The notes under the pieces were generated by a model. The model did no database searches and was not told the origin of the DNA. It saw only the letters and a list, made by a program, of their open reading frames with translations. A DNA stretch of 61,354 bases from an uncultured bacterium. GTDB lineage: Bacteria > Patescibacteriota > Minisyncoccia > Phycocordibacterales > PALSA-1337. The stretch is taken from the NCBI GenBank assembly GCA_903900935.1, contig CAIUOX010000033.1, forward strand, positions 1-61,354, written 5' to 3'. Positions 25,538 through 34,401 of this stretch are shown here, piece by piece. The position numbers and the translations under genes are program-made. Position 1 is the first letter of the stretch. Every line of letters starts with the position of its first letter.

Positions 25538-25624
25538 ATGGCAGAACCAAAAGTGTGTCCGGTGTGTGAACACGAGCACAAGAAGCCAGATGGTACGTGT
25601 GGTTGTGGATGTCAGTCTAAATAG
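25538..25624 (+). CDS. candidate 28-aa Cys-rich micro-protein MAEPKVCPVCEHEHKKPDGTCGCGCQSK
   Basis: ATG..TAG ORF ending 6 nt before a 17-bp-stem terminator. CxxC plus CxCxC pattern; locally GC-rich. Not in the ORF track (under 60 aa). No clear RBS. Confidence 0.3.
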   Translation: MAEPKVCPVCEHEHKKPDGTCGCGCQSK

Positions 25625-25630
25625 AAGATA

Positions 25631-25668
25631 CACATCAAAAAACCACCCTATGGTGGTTTTTTGATGTG
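25631..25668. terminator. bidirectional terminator (17-bp perfect stem)
   Basis: CACATCAAAAAACCACC-CTAT-GGTGGTTTTTTGATGTG. The A/T runs inside the stem give U-tracts in both directions. Confidence 0.8.
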
Positions 25669-25683
25669 TGTAGTAATGAAATA

Positions 25684-25911
25684 TTACACTGTAGGAGTTG
25701 TAGTTGCACTATTGTCGCAACACTTGCAATCCTTCTTATGCATAATGATGAGAAGAATAGCTGAAATGCCTACGAGTATGTAGACTATTTTTGCGAGAGT
25801 ACCTCCTGCGCCAAGAGCCCAATCTACAAGATTGAAGTTGAAGGCAACAAGAAGCCAGTTGAGCGCACCTATGATGACGAGAATAAAAGCGATCTTATGT
25901 GCTATTTTCAT
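25684..25911 (-). CDS. DUF378 family small membrane protein with a Cys-rich C-terminal tail
   Basis: IAFILVIIGALNWLLVAFNFNLV...IVYILVGISA matches the DUF378 (YuzA-like) pattern. Tail is HKKDCKCCDNS. Confidence 0.75.
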   Translation of the reverse strand: MKIAHKIAFILVIIGALNWLLVAFNFNLVDWALGAGGTLAKIVYILVGISAILLIIMHKKDCKCCDNSATTTPTV

Positions 25912-26017
25912 AGTATGAAATAGTTAGCATTAATAAACGATCATGTACATATAAGCTATCTATAGTATAGCAAATATATTATTGAGAGTTATGCACAATA
26001 GGGGATTATAATGCCAT

Positions 26018-27589
26018 TTATTTCTTGATTGGTAATGTGAATACAAATGTACTACCTTTGCCAATACCCTCTGATTCTACCCATATTTTACCGCTATGAC
26101 GGCCAATAATCTCTTTTGAAATATAAAGACCAATACCCATACCTTCGGTATCAGCAAGTCGAGCACGTTGACCACGATAGAATTTGGTGAATAAAAGAGG
26201 TATTTCTTCTTTTGGTATACCAATACCATTGTCTTTTACGCGACACGTAATGTTTTTTCCATCAGTAGTTGCAGATATAGAAAGTTGTCCATTTTCATCT
26301 GTATAGTGCATAGCGTTCTCTACGAGAGTTTGGATAATAAATTTGATGCGTGTCATGTCAAATTTTGTGTACAAGTTTGGCTCTATATTTTTGAATATAT
26401 GTATATGCTTTATATTGAGTTGATCAGTAAGTGACAGAATGACTTGATCAATTCCTAAAGATAAGTCATTTTGGATCATTTGATACTCATATGATTTATT
26501 CTCAGTCTCAGAAACATTCATAAGAAGAGCAGTTAGCTCTACTAGCTTGTTATTGGCACTTTCTATATATTCGAGCTGTTCGCGTCCATCTTCTTGTAGA
26601 TTTGTCTTTGATAAATTTTCTGATGCCCACTTTATATGCGTGAGAGGAGTACGGAATTTGTGGGTAACTGTTGTTATGAATTCATATTTGAGGAGATCTC
26701 CTTGGCGGAGTTTGCGCCAGACAATGACTCCTATGGTCACTGCCATGAGTGAAGATACGAGTGGTGTAACCCATACAGGAAAATTTGGAAAAATATTTTG
26801 GATATTTTGATTCAAATAGTTCAAGAGAGTAATGAATCCACCAACCAAAAACACAGCAATGCTGTAGAAGAATGCTTGTTTGGCGACTATTTTCACATTG
26901 AATATGCCGTATTTGACTGATCCATATATAAAAGGAAATATGAAGATTACTGCAGAGCCCATGCCCCAGATTGGGTCAACTTTTATATCATAGACCAATA
27001 GGTTGGGTATAAATGCAATAGAATAGGCAATAATAGTAGTGATAATCAAAGACCCGAAAGCCTTTTTTTCTAGTATATTTTCACGTTCCTTATATTCTCT
27101 GTAAAGAATATATATGCTTTGAGGAATACAGATACCATATAGGAATGCTATGCGGAACCAATTCAAAACACCTGGATTGTAGTAATTGATAAAATACATC
27201 TTTGGTATTGATGGCATTAAAAAACCATCTAGATTCATAAGTAATAGTATTGTCATGAAAACTGCCGCAGAATGAAATATAATAATCATCACTCGCTTCT
27301 CTCTCACTTTTCCAGCCAATGCATAGAATGCGTGTATATTAAATGAGCCAATGAAGAACATTGATATATTGAGCATAAAAATATTTCTTGAAAGGATCGG
27401 GTCCGCTATATTTGTTCCAATGAGGTGAGAAACAAAGAATATTTCTAAGAAAAATAAAGTAAAGCACCATGCTATATTTTCGATTTTACGAGGTCCGTTA
27501 AAGTATGTGAAGATAATCATGCCCAAAATTGCGATGATGGACATGACAGATAGCAAATTGTGTATGAGCAAGTGAGTTTGAGGCAACAT
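26018..27589 (-). CDS. sensor histidine kinase with a polytopic N-terminal membrane domain
   Basis: About 7-8 TM helices, H-box VTHKFRTPLTHI, N-box LVENAMHYT, and G-boxes DNGIGIP / GMGIGLYISK. Confidence 0.9.
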   Translation of the reverse strand: MLPQTHLLIHNLLSVMSIIAILGMIIFTYFNGPRKIENIAWCFTLFFLEIFFVSHLIGTNIADPILSRNIFMLNISMFFIGSFNIHAFYALAGKVREKRVMIIIFHSAAVFMTILLLMNLDGFLMPSIPKMYFINYYNPGVLNWFRIAFLYGICIPQSIYILYREYKERENILEKKAFGSLIITTIIAYSIAFIPNLLVYDIKVDPIWGMGSAVIFIFPFIYGSVKYGIFNVKIVAKQAFFYSIAVFLVGGFITLLNYLNQNIQNIFPNFPVWVTPLVSSLMAVTIGVIVWRKLRQGDLLKYEFITTVTHKFRTPLTHIKWASENLSKTNLQEDGREQLEYIESANNKLVELTALLMNVSETENKSYEYQMIQNDLSLGIDQVILSLTDQLNIKHIHIFKNIEPNLYTKFDMTRIKFIIQTLVENAMHYTDENGQLSISATTDGKNITCRVKDNGIGIPKEEIPLLFTKFYRGQRARLADTEGMGIGLYISKEIIGRHSGKIWVESEGIGKGSTFVFTLPIKK

Positions 27590-27658
27590 ATATCACAAGT
27601 ATATCACGCCACATATTTTGCTTGCCAAGACTATCCCCACGAGTTAGCATATTTGTGT

Positions 27659-27841
27659 ATGGAAAATATTGCATCTGAAGTATCTGAGATTTTGCGCGAG
27701 ATCCTTTCCTGGGTCTGGAAAGTTGCATCCAAAGTAACACTTTTTGCTATATGGGCGCTTTTGGCACTTATCATCTTACCGTGCGTTTTTGTTGCTGGTC
27801 ATATATATCCATTGTGGCAAGAATGGGGAGAAGAGTTTTAA
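27659..27841 (+). CDS. possible small membrane protein (60 aa)
   Basis: MENIASEV...VTLFAIWALLALIILPCVFVAG... has one TM. The upstream part of ORF 27560 overlaps the kinase start and was discarded. Confidence 0.3.
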   Translation: MENIASEVSEILREILSWVWKVASKVTLFAIWALLALIILPCVFVAGHIYPLWQEWGEEF

Positions 27842-27869
27842 ATGATTGCTGAATTAGTTGATTGTGGGG

Positions 27870-27875
27870 TAAACT
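27870..27875 (+). promoter_or_regulatory. -10-like TAAACT, 6 nt before the zwf ATG (27882)
   Basis: TAAACT at 27870-27875; ATG at 27882. Confidence 0.35.
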
Positions 27876-27881
27876 GTGCCA

Positions 27882-29288
27882 ATGCATCAGACTATAGATA
27901 CTACTAATAATTTTGCCTTGCACCCTACTGTATTCGTGATTTTGGGTATTACAGGCGATCTGGCAAGCCGGAAATTACTTCCAGCACTTCTTGCTCTCTA
28001 TAGCAAAAAACTCCTTCCTCAGCGTTTTGTTATTATCGGTTTTTCTCGTCGACAATTTTCTCGCGAAGAATTCCGTGAATTTATTCGCGAGCGCATCAAT
28101 ATACTACCAGGTCAATTCAAAGAAGAAGATATCAAGCACTTTCTCGACCATATGTTGTATGAGCAGGGATTGTTTGATGATGCTGTAGCATATGCACGAT
28201 TGGCACAGAAGATAGCATCTGTTGATAAAAACTGGGGTCAATGCTCAAATAAACTCTTTCATCTATCAGTTCCTCCAAAGCTTTGTGAGGGTATTTTATC
28301 TCATATCTCTCAATCTGGTTTGAATGTTCCATGCAGTGACGATATTGGATGGACGCGCATCCTGATTGAGAAGCCATTTGGTAACGATATTCATGCGGCG
28401 CGACAAATTGACAAGCTTCTTGGCAAGTTATTCAAAGAAGAACAGATATTTCGTATTGATCATTATTTGGCAAAAGAAACATTACAAAATATTGTCTCTT
28501 TTAGATTTTCAAACTCAATGTTTGAACCTATTTGGCAGAATGAATTCATCGACAAAGTGCATATCAAGCTCTTTCAGAAAAATTCTGTTGAAGGGCGCGG
28601 AGCATTCTACGATTCTCTTGGTGCTCTGCGTGATGTTGGACAAAATCACATGCTTCAGATGCTAGCGCTCATCGCCATGAATCGTCCAAAATCATTCACC
28701 GCTACTGATATTCGTACAGAGCGTGCTCGAGTTCTCAAATCATTGGTACCTATTGTTCGGCGCACTTTGGCAAATCGAGTAGTTCGTAGCCAGTATGTTG
28801 GTTACTTGAATGAAGTTGGTGTTAAGCCTGATTCAAAGACTGAAACTTTTGTTCGCATTGAATCATACATAAACATGCCTCGATGGAAAAAAGTTCCTTT
28901 TTATCTTGAAACTGGCAAGGCCATGAGTGAGAGTAAAGCTGAGATAGATATTTATTTCAAAAATAAAGATGGTAATGAACAGAATATCCTAACTTTCAGG
29001 ATTCAGCCAAATGAAGGCATCAAAATACGTTTTTTTGTAAAAACACCAGGTAAAGGATTTGCAGTAGAACCACGAACACTGAAGTTCAAATATTCGGATA
29101 CATCATTATCAGAATATATGTCAAATGACTATGAGCGTCTGATTCGTGATGCATTCGTTGGAGATCAGACATTGTTTGCTTCAACCAGTGAAATAATGGC
29201 ATCATGGGAGTATGTAACTCCAATCTTGGACAATTGGGATGATTTACCACTTACCACATATCCAAAAGGTATTAAAGAAATAGAATAA
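27882..29288 (+). CDS. zwf: glucose-6-phosphate 1-dehydrogenase
   Basis: GITGDLASRKL, the active-site signature RIDHYLAKE, and VGQNHMLQMLALIAM. Confidence 0.95.
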   Translation: MHQTIDTTNNFALHPTVFVILGITGDLASRKLLPALLALYSKKLLPQRFVIIGFSRRQFSREEFREFIRERINILPGQFKEEDIKHFLDHMLYEQGLFDDAVAYARLAQKIASVDKNWGQCSNKLFHLSVPPKLCEGILSHISQSGLNVPCSDDIGWTRILIEKPFGNDIHAARQIDKLLGKLFKEEQIFRIDHYLAKETLQNIVSFRFSNSMFEPIWQNEFIDKVHIKLFQKNSVEGRGAFYDSLGALRDVGQNHMLQMLALIAMNRPKSFTATDIRTERARVLKSLVPIVRRTLANRVVRSQYVGYLNEVGVKPDSKTETFVRIESYINMPRWKKVPFYLETGKAMSESKAEIDIYFKNKDGNEQNILTFRIQPNEGIKIRFFVKTPGKGFAVEPRTLKFKYSDTSLSEYMSNDYERLIRDAFVGDQTLFASTSEIMASWEYVTPILDNWDDLPLTTYPKGIKEIE

Positions 29289-29296
29289 TAAATTAT

Positions 29297-30397
29297 ATGT
29301 CATCTCTATCTATAGGTATCGTCGGTCTTCCAAACGTTGGAAAATCAACACTATTCAACGCTCTAACTAAAAAGAGTGTGCTAGTTGCAAACTATCCATT
29401 TGCAACTATTGATCCGTCAGTTGGCGTGGTGGCAGTGCCAGATGATCGTTTGTACAAACTTTCTGAATTTTCAAAGACTCAAAAAATAGTTCCTGCTATT
29501 GTTGAATTCGTCGATATTGCCGGTCTTGTAAAAGGCGCTTCTGCTGGCGAAGGTCTCGGAAATCAATTTTTGACCAATATACGTGAGACAGATGCGATTG
29601 CCGAAGTTGTGCGTATATTTGAAGACGACAATATCATTCACGTTGATGGCAAGGTAAATCCGCTCTCTGATATTGAAGTTATCAATCTTGAGCTTATTCT
29701 TGCTGATATGCAAACTGTTTCAAAACGCATAAATAATGTTGGCAAAGAAGTTCGTGCTGGCAAAAAAGAAGCAATCATTGAAAATGGTTTGCTGGAAAAG
29801 CTCAAAATTACTCTTGAAAATGGCAAGCTAGCTTCTAGTGTGATTGTCAATGAATTTGAAATGCCATTTTTGAAATCGTTGCATCTGTTGACGTCAAAGC
29901 CATTTATGTATGTTTTGAATAAAAAATCTGGAGGTAAAAATCTAGATGAGATCAAAGATGCCCGTTGGGATGCATTGCTTGCATTTTTGAATAGTTCAAA
30001 ATCAAGTTGGGTAATTGTTGATGCTGGAATAGAGCAAGAGCTCAAAGATTTTGAAGGAATTGATAAAAAAGAGATGCGCGAAGGTCTAGGCGCAAAAGAT
30101 GATGGTATAAATAATCTTATAAAAAAAGGTTATGAGCTATTAAATTTGATTACATATTTCACTACTGGTGAAAAAGAGACTCGAGCATGGACAATTGGTC
30201 GTGGCTGGACTGCTCCTATGGCTGGTACTGCAATCCACGGAGACTTCAAAGATAAGTTCATTCGTGCGGAAGTCATTGAATGGGACCAATTACTTGGTGC
30301 AGGTTCATTTGCTACTGCTCGTGAACAAGGATTACTTAGAACAGAAGGGAAGGAATATGTAGTGAAAGATGGAGATGTTATAGAGTTTAAGATCTAA
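29297..30397 (+). CDS. ychF: redox-regulated ATPase YchF (Obg-like GTPase family)
   Basis: GIVGLPNVGKSTLFNALT, DIAGLVKGAS, and a C-terminal TGS-like domain (ITYFT.G..E.RAWT...G..AP.AAG.IH.DF). Confidence 0.95.
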   Translation: MSSLSIGIVGLPNVGKSTLFNALTKKSVLVANYPFATIDPSVGVVAVPDDRLYKLSEFSKTQKIVPAIVEFVDIAGLVKGASAGEGLGNQFLTNIRETDAIAEVVRIFEDDNIIHVDGKVNPLSDIEVINLELILADMQTVSKRINNVGKEVRAGKKEAIIENGLLEKLKITLENGKLASSVIVNEFEMPFLKSLHLLTSKPFMYVLNKKSGGKNLDEIKDARWDALLAFLNSSKSSWVIVDAGIEQELKDFEGIDKKEMREGLGAKDDGINNLIKKGYELLNLITYFTTGEKETRAWTIGRGWTAPMAGTAIHGDFKDKFIRAEVIEWDQLLGAGSFATAREQGLLRTEGKEYVVKDGDVIEFKI

Positions 30398-30426
30398 AAA
30401 ACGCAGTACCTTTCGGTAGTGCGTTT
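30398..30426. terminator. shared hairpin terminator between ychF and the convergent small ORF
   Basis: AAACGCAGTACC-TTTC-GGTAGTGCGTTT (one mismatch). The A-run upstream gives a U-run on the minus strand. Confidence 0.55.
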
Positions 30427-30449
30427 GGGTGCAAGTGACGTGGTTCGTG

Positions 30450-30653
30450 CTAGATGATTCCAACGGATCCAGTTCGGCGAGCTGATTCGCGCCACTTATT
30501 CATCTGCTCGTGATGTCTTTGCATCACAAGATCAAACTCCTTCGGATTTTCCAACTGGAGATGACGCATCTCTCTTTCCCAATTAGACTCAAGCGGACGA
30601 AACAACCGATCAAGACGCGGAAAGAGCTTGTGAAAAAAGAACTTTCTTTTCAT
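30450..30653 (-). CDS. hypothetical small basic protein (67 aa), GC-rich
   Basis: ORF with a terminator downstream on the minus strand. No recognisable motif. Confidence 0.35.
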   Translation of the reverse strand: MKRKFFFHKLFPRLDRLFRPLESNWEREMRHLQLENPKEFDLVMQRHHEQMNKWRESARRTGSVGII

Positions 30654-30896
30654 CGTATAAATTTCCTTTCATAAATACAATATCATTCACTATTGTATGA
30701 GTCAATGAATTACAGGATGAAGAAGATGGTGGCGCGATAGAGTTTTCAATAGATTATTTGACCACAGATATCAGATTGACACAAGGGTGTAGAGATGCTA
30801 CGATTTTGTCATGCATGCCCGTTGCATGCAGTAGTCTTGAGGATAGCGACGTATAGTGCGACGCACCTATATGGCATAGTAGAACTTTGTAATAAT

Positions 30897-31046
30897 ATGA
30901 GCATTCAAAAACATAAGACGCGCAATCATGTGCGTGGCGGAGCTGGTTTGCTTATGATGGTCAGCGGTATCTTTTTTTTCGCAATCTGTTTTGTCGGGGC
31001 CGTTGGAAGTTTTGCCATTTTCATTTTAAAGCTGAAAGGTAAATGA
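30897..31046 (+). CDS. hypothetical small TM protein (49 aa)
   Basis: MSIQKHKTRNHVRGGAGLLMMVSGIFFFAICFVGAVGSFAIFILKLKGK. The stop overlaps the start of the next small ORF (ATGA). Confidence 0.35.
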   Translation: MSIQKHKTRNHVRGGAGLLMMVSGIFFFAICFVGAVGSFAIFILKLKGK

Positions 31047-31213
31047 TGAAAGATACATTCAATTTCCGTCAACATTTGGAATGTTCGTTGGAACATCCTC
31101 CTGTGTCCAGACACGCTTCTCCAGAAAGCGCAAAAGTCAATTTGATCGTTGTGATCTTCTTTGTCGGTTTTGCGATAATCACAATCATCGTCAAGATGTT
31201 TAGCTTGTATTGA
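31043..31213 (+). CDS. hypothetical small TM protein (56 aa)
   Basis: MMKDTFNFRQHLE...KVNLIVVIFFVGFAIITIIVKMFSLY, translationally coupled to the preceding ORF. Not in the ORF track (under 60 aa). Confidence 0.3.
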   Translation: MMKDTFNFRQHLECSLEHPPVSRHASPESAKVNLIVVIFFVGFAIITIIVKMFSLY

Positions 31214-31302
31214 TATCGGTTGCAAGAATTTTCAAGCCTTCCATATGAATGTGGTCGGCTTTTTTGTATATACAGTTTTTGAAAATAAGTTAGTTTTGAG
31301 CT

Positions 31303-34266
31303 ATGATTCATCGTATGAAAAAGAAAATTAATGTATTTCCAGTATATAATCCAGCCAACATAGAAAATAAGTGGCAAAAAAAGTGGCAATCAGCAAATCG
31401 TTCTGGGTTAGGCTCGGCTTCAAAGATATACAAAAGTACAGAAGATCCAAATAAAGAAAAATTTTATGTGCTTGATATGTTCCCGTATCCTTCAGGAGAA
31501 GGACTACATGTTGGACATCCAAAAGGATATATTGCAACTGACATTGTGTCTCGTTTTGAGCGCATGAATGGAAAGTCAGTGTTACATCCGATGGGATTTG
31601 ACGCATTCGGACTTCCTGCAGAGAATTATGCATTGAAGACAAAGGCTCATCCTGAGATTGGAGTCAAAAAGAATGTTGCTAGATACAAGAAGCAACTTGA
31701 GATTCTTGGTTTTGATTATGATTGGTCACGAGAGATCAATACGACTGATCCAGAATACTATCGCTGGACTCAATGGATATTTGTGCAACTATTCAAAAAA
31801 GGATTGGCGTATCAATCATTCGAGCCTATCAATTGGTGTCCTTCGTGCAAGACAGGTTTGGCAAATGAAGATCTTGAAGAGGGACGTTGCGAGCGCTGTG
31901 GTACTCCAGTTGAAAAGAAGCCTATGCGTCAATGGGTACTTAGGATTACTGATTATGCGGAGAGGCTTTTGAAGGATTTGGATGCGGTTGATAATGCAGG
32001 TTTACCACTCATCGATTGGCCTGCGTCAATCAAAGAATCTCAGCGAAATTGGATAGGCAAGTCAGAAGGTTCGTTGATTACTTTTACATTTTCAAATGCT
32101 TCACACAAGAAAAATATAGAAGTGTTCACCACAAGACCCGACACTTTGTTCGGTGTTACGTATGTTGTGCTCGCCCCTGAGCATGCCCTTGTTGCTGATC
32201 TTTTGCCTGTAGTCAAAAATAGACAAGAAGTCGAAGCATATATCTCACAGGCAAAGCTTGAAACAGAGATTGAACGCACTGATGCGAAGAAAGATAAGAC
32301 GGGGGTAGAGCTCAAAGGGGTGAAGGTTATCAATCCAGTAAACAAAAAAGAGGTTCCGGTATGGATATCTGATTATGTTCTCGCGGATTATGGTACCGGT
32401 GCGGTCATGGCAGTTCCAGCTCACGATGATCGTGATTGGGCTTTTGCCAAGAAGTTCAAGTTGCCAATCAAAGAAGTTATCAGTCCATTGTTTGTCAGTG
32501 AGTATTCGAGTGATGCATGGAGATCGCAAGAACCAGAAGTTATTCGTCCTACGGTGGTATGCATCATCAAACATTGGTCAGAGAACAAGTATTTATTCTT
32601 GAATAAAAAGGACCTTGCAGATCTTGGTAAAGACGTTGTTGTTGGTGTAGCTGGTGGAATAGATGGTGGTGAGGTGCATGAAGTTGCTGGAGCTCGAGAA
32701 ATTCTCGAGGAGACCGGTTATAAGAATGCTCGATTTGTAAAATCGTTGGGTGAACCGGTTGCGTATCGCTATTATTCCAAGAATGGAAAACAAAATCGCT
32801 TGGGGATGCTCTATCCTCTGTATTATGAGTTGAAAGATGGTGAACAGGTTCAAGTTTCAGAAGAAGAGAAATTTTTGCATCAAACTACATGGCTCACAGA
32901 GAAGGAAATGGATGTGTATTTAAACACACGACCATTCAATCCTATTTTTTGGGAACGATTCAAGGGTACGACTCGACCATACACTGGATATGGAATATTG
33001 ATCAATTCAGAAAAGTTTGATGGCACGTCATCTGCAGATGCAAAACGTCCTATCACTGAATATGCAGGCGGTGCCATGAAGACGACGTATAAGCTTCGTG
33101 ATTGGGTATTTTCACGTCAGCGTTATTGGGGTGAGCCAATACCACTCATTCATTGTGAGAAATGTGGAGTAGTTCATGTGCCAGAAAAGGATTTGCCAGT
33201 AAAACTTCCAAAGGTAAAGTCATATGAACCAACTGGTACAGGGGAATCTCCTTTGGCTACTATTGATAAATGGGTCAATGTGAAGTGTCCAAAGTGCAAA
33301 GGAAATGCAAAGCGCGAAACGAACACTATGCCACAATGGGCAGGTTCATCGTGGTATTACCTTCGTTATATGGATCCGAAAAATAAAAAAGTACTCGTTG
33401 ACAGCGCGCGCGAGAAGTATTGGTCACCAGTAGATCTCTATGTTGGTGGAGCCGAACATGCGACACGCCATCTTATATATGCGCGTTTCTGGCATAAGTG
33501 TTTGTATGATATTGGAATTGTGTCAAATATTGAACCATTCAAGAAATTACAGAGCGTTGGTCTCATCATGGGAGAAGACGGTAGAAAAATGGGGAAGCGT
33601 TACGGGAATGTGGTCAACCCCGATGATATTGTTGCAACATATGGTGCAGATACATTACGTCTTTATGAGATGTTTATGGGTCCATTTGAGCAACAGATTG
33701 CATGGAATACTTCTAGCATGGTTGGAAGTCGACGATTTATTGAAAAGGTTTGGAAGCTTAGAGAAAAAATAGATGTGACAGAAGTCTCTATTGAAGCAGA
33801 TTTGTATATCACAAAGAACATTCATAAAGCTATAAAGAAAGTTACAGATGATATCCAAGTATTACGATTCAATACAGCCATAAGTTCTCTGATGATTGCC
33901 GTGAATGAAATTGATAAACAAAAAAGCCTGACTCGCCCACAATATGAAGTTATACTCCAATTACTCGCACCATTCGTGCCACATGTTGCTGAAGAACTAT
34001 GGATGTCTCTTGGTAATAAGAAATCAGTCCATATCTCAGTATGGCCAGAATATGATGCAAAATATCTAGTGGATGCTGATATGACTATCATTGTTCAAGT
34101 CAATGGAAAAGTTAGGGGATCATTTATTGCTACGATTGATTCAAGTAATGCAGATCTTGAGCAAAGGGCCAAGAATTTGCCAGACACAAACAAGTGGATT
34201 GAAGGTAAGAAGATAATCAAAGTAGTCGTAGTACCAAAGCGCCTTGTCAATATAGTTGTGGTATAA
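31303..34266 (+). CDS. leuS: leucyl-tRNA synthetase carrying an internal Nudix-hydrolase domain insertion
   Basis: HIGH motif (HVGHPKGY), CP1 editing domain (TTRPDTLFG...AVPAHDDRD), KMSKS variant (KMGKR) and RDWVFSRQRYWGEPIP. Residues about 395-560 are extra and contain a perfect Nudix box. The start is possibly ATG 31315 (TATGAT -10 at 31302-31307). Confidence 0.9.
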   Translation: MIHRMKKKINVFPVYNPANIENKWQKKWQSANRSGLGSASKIYKSTEDPNKEKFYVLDMFPYPSGEGLHVGHPKGYIATDIVSRFERMNGKSVLHPMGFDAFGLPAENYALKTKAHPEIGVKKNVARYKKQLEILGFDYDWSREINTTDPEYYRWTQWIFVQLFKKGLAYQSFEPINWCPSCKTGLANEDLEEGRCERCGTPVEKKPMRQWVLRITDYAERLLKDLDAVDNAGLPLIDWPASIKESQRNWIGKSEGSLITFTFSNASHKKNIEVFTTRPDTLFGVTYVVLAPEHALVADLLPVVKNRQEVEAYISQAKLETEIERTDAKKDKTGVELKGVKVINPVNKKEVPVWISDYVLADYGTGAVMAVPAHDDRDWAFAKKFKLPIKEVISPLFVSEYSSDAWRSQEPEVIRPTVVCIIKHWSENKYLFLNKKDLADLGKDVVVGVAGGIDGGEVHEVAGAREILEETGYKNARFVKSLGEPVAYRYYSKNGKQNRLGMLYPLYYELKDGEQVQVSEEEKFLHQTTWLTEKEMDVYLNTRPFNPIFWERFKGTTRPYTGYGILINSEKFDGTSSADAKRPITEYAGGAMKTTYKLRDWVFSRQRYWGEPIPLIHCEKCGVVHVPEKDLPVKLPKVKSYEPTGTGESPLATIDKWVNVKCPKCKGNAKRETNTMPQWAGSSWYYLRYMDPKNKKVLVDSAREKYWSPVDLYVGGAEHATRHLIYARFWHKCLYDIGIVSNIEPFKKLQSVGLIMGEDGRKMGKRYGNVVNPDDIVATYGADTLRLYEMFMGPFEQQIAWNTSSMVGSRRFIEKVWKLREKIDVTEVSIEADLYITKNIHKAIKKVTDDIQVLRFNTAISSLMIAVNEIDKQKSLTRPQYEVILQLLAPFVPHVAEELWMSLGNKKSVHISVWPEYDAKYLVDADMTIIVQVNGKVRGSFIATIDSSNADLEQRAKNLPDTNKWIEGKKIIKVVVVPKRLVNIVVV

Positions 34267-34401
34267 TTTGACAAATCTCTGATATTAGTGGTAGTGTGTG
34301 ATTATAGAAAAAAGAAAAAAAGTACAGGATATCCCCATAAGATTGACTTTACTACAAGAAGATGATAAAACATTACTATACTAATAGTTATTACCAATCA
34401 C

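Noticed and set aside
25467-25664. A 65-aa TTG-started ORF downstream of tRNA-Ala.
   Set aside because: It reads straight through the 17-bp-stem terminator and has an implausible composition. A different frame holds the more plausible 28-aa Cys-rich micro-ORF, which stops before the terminator.
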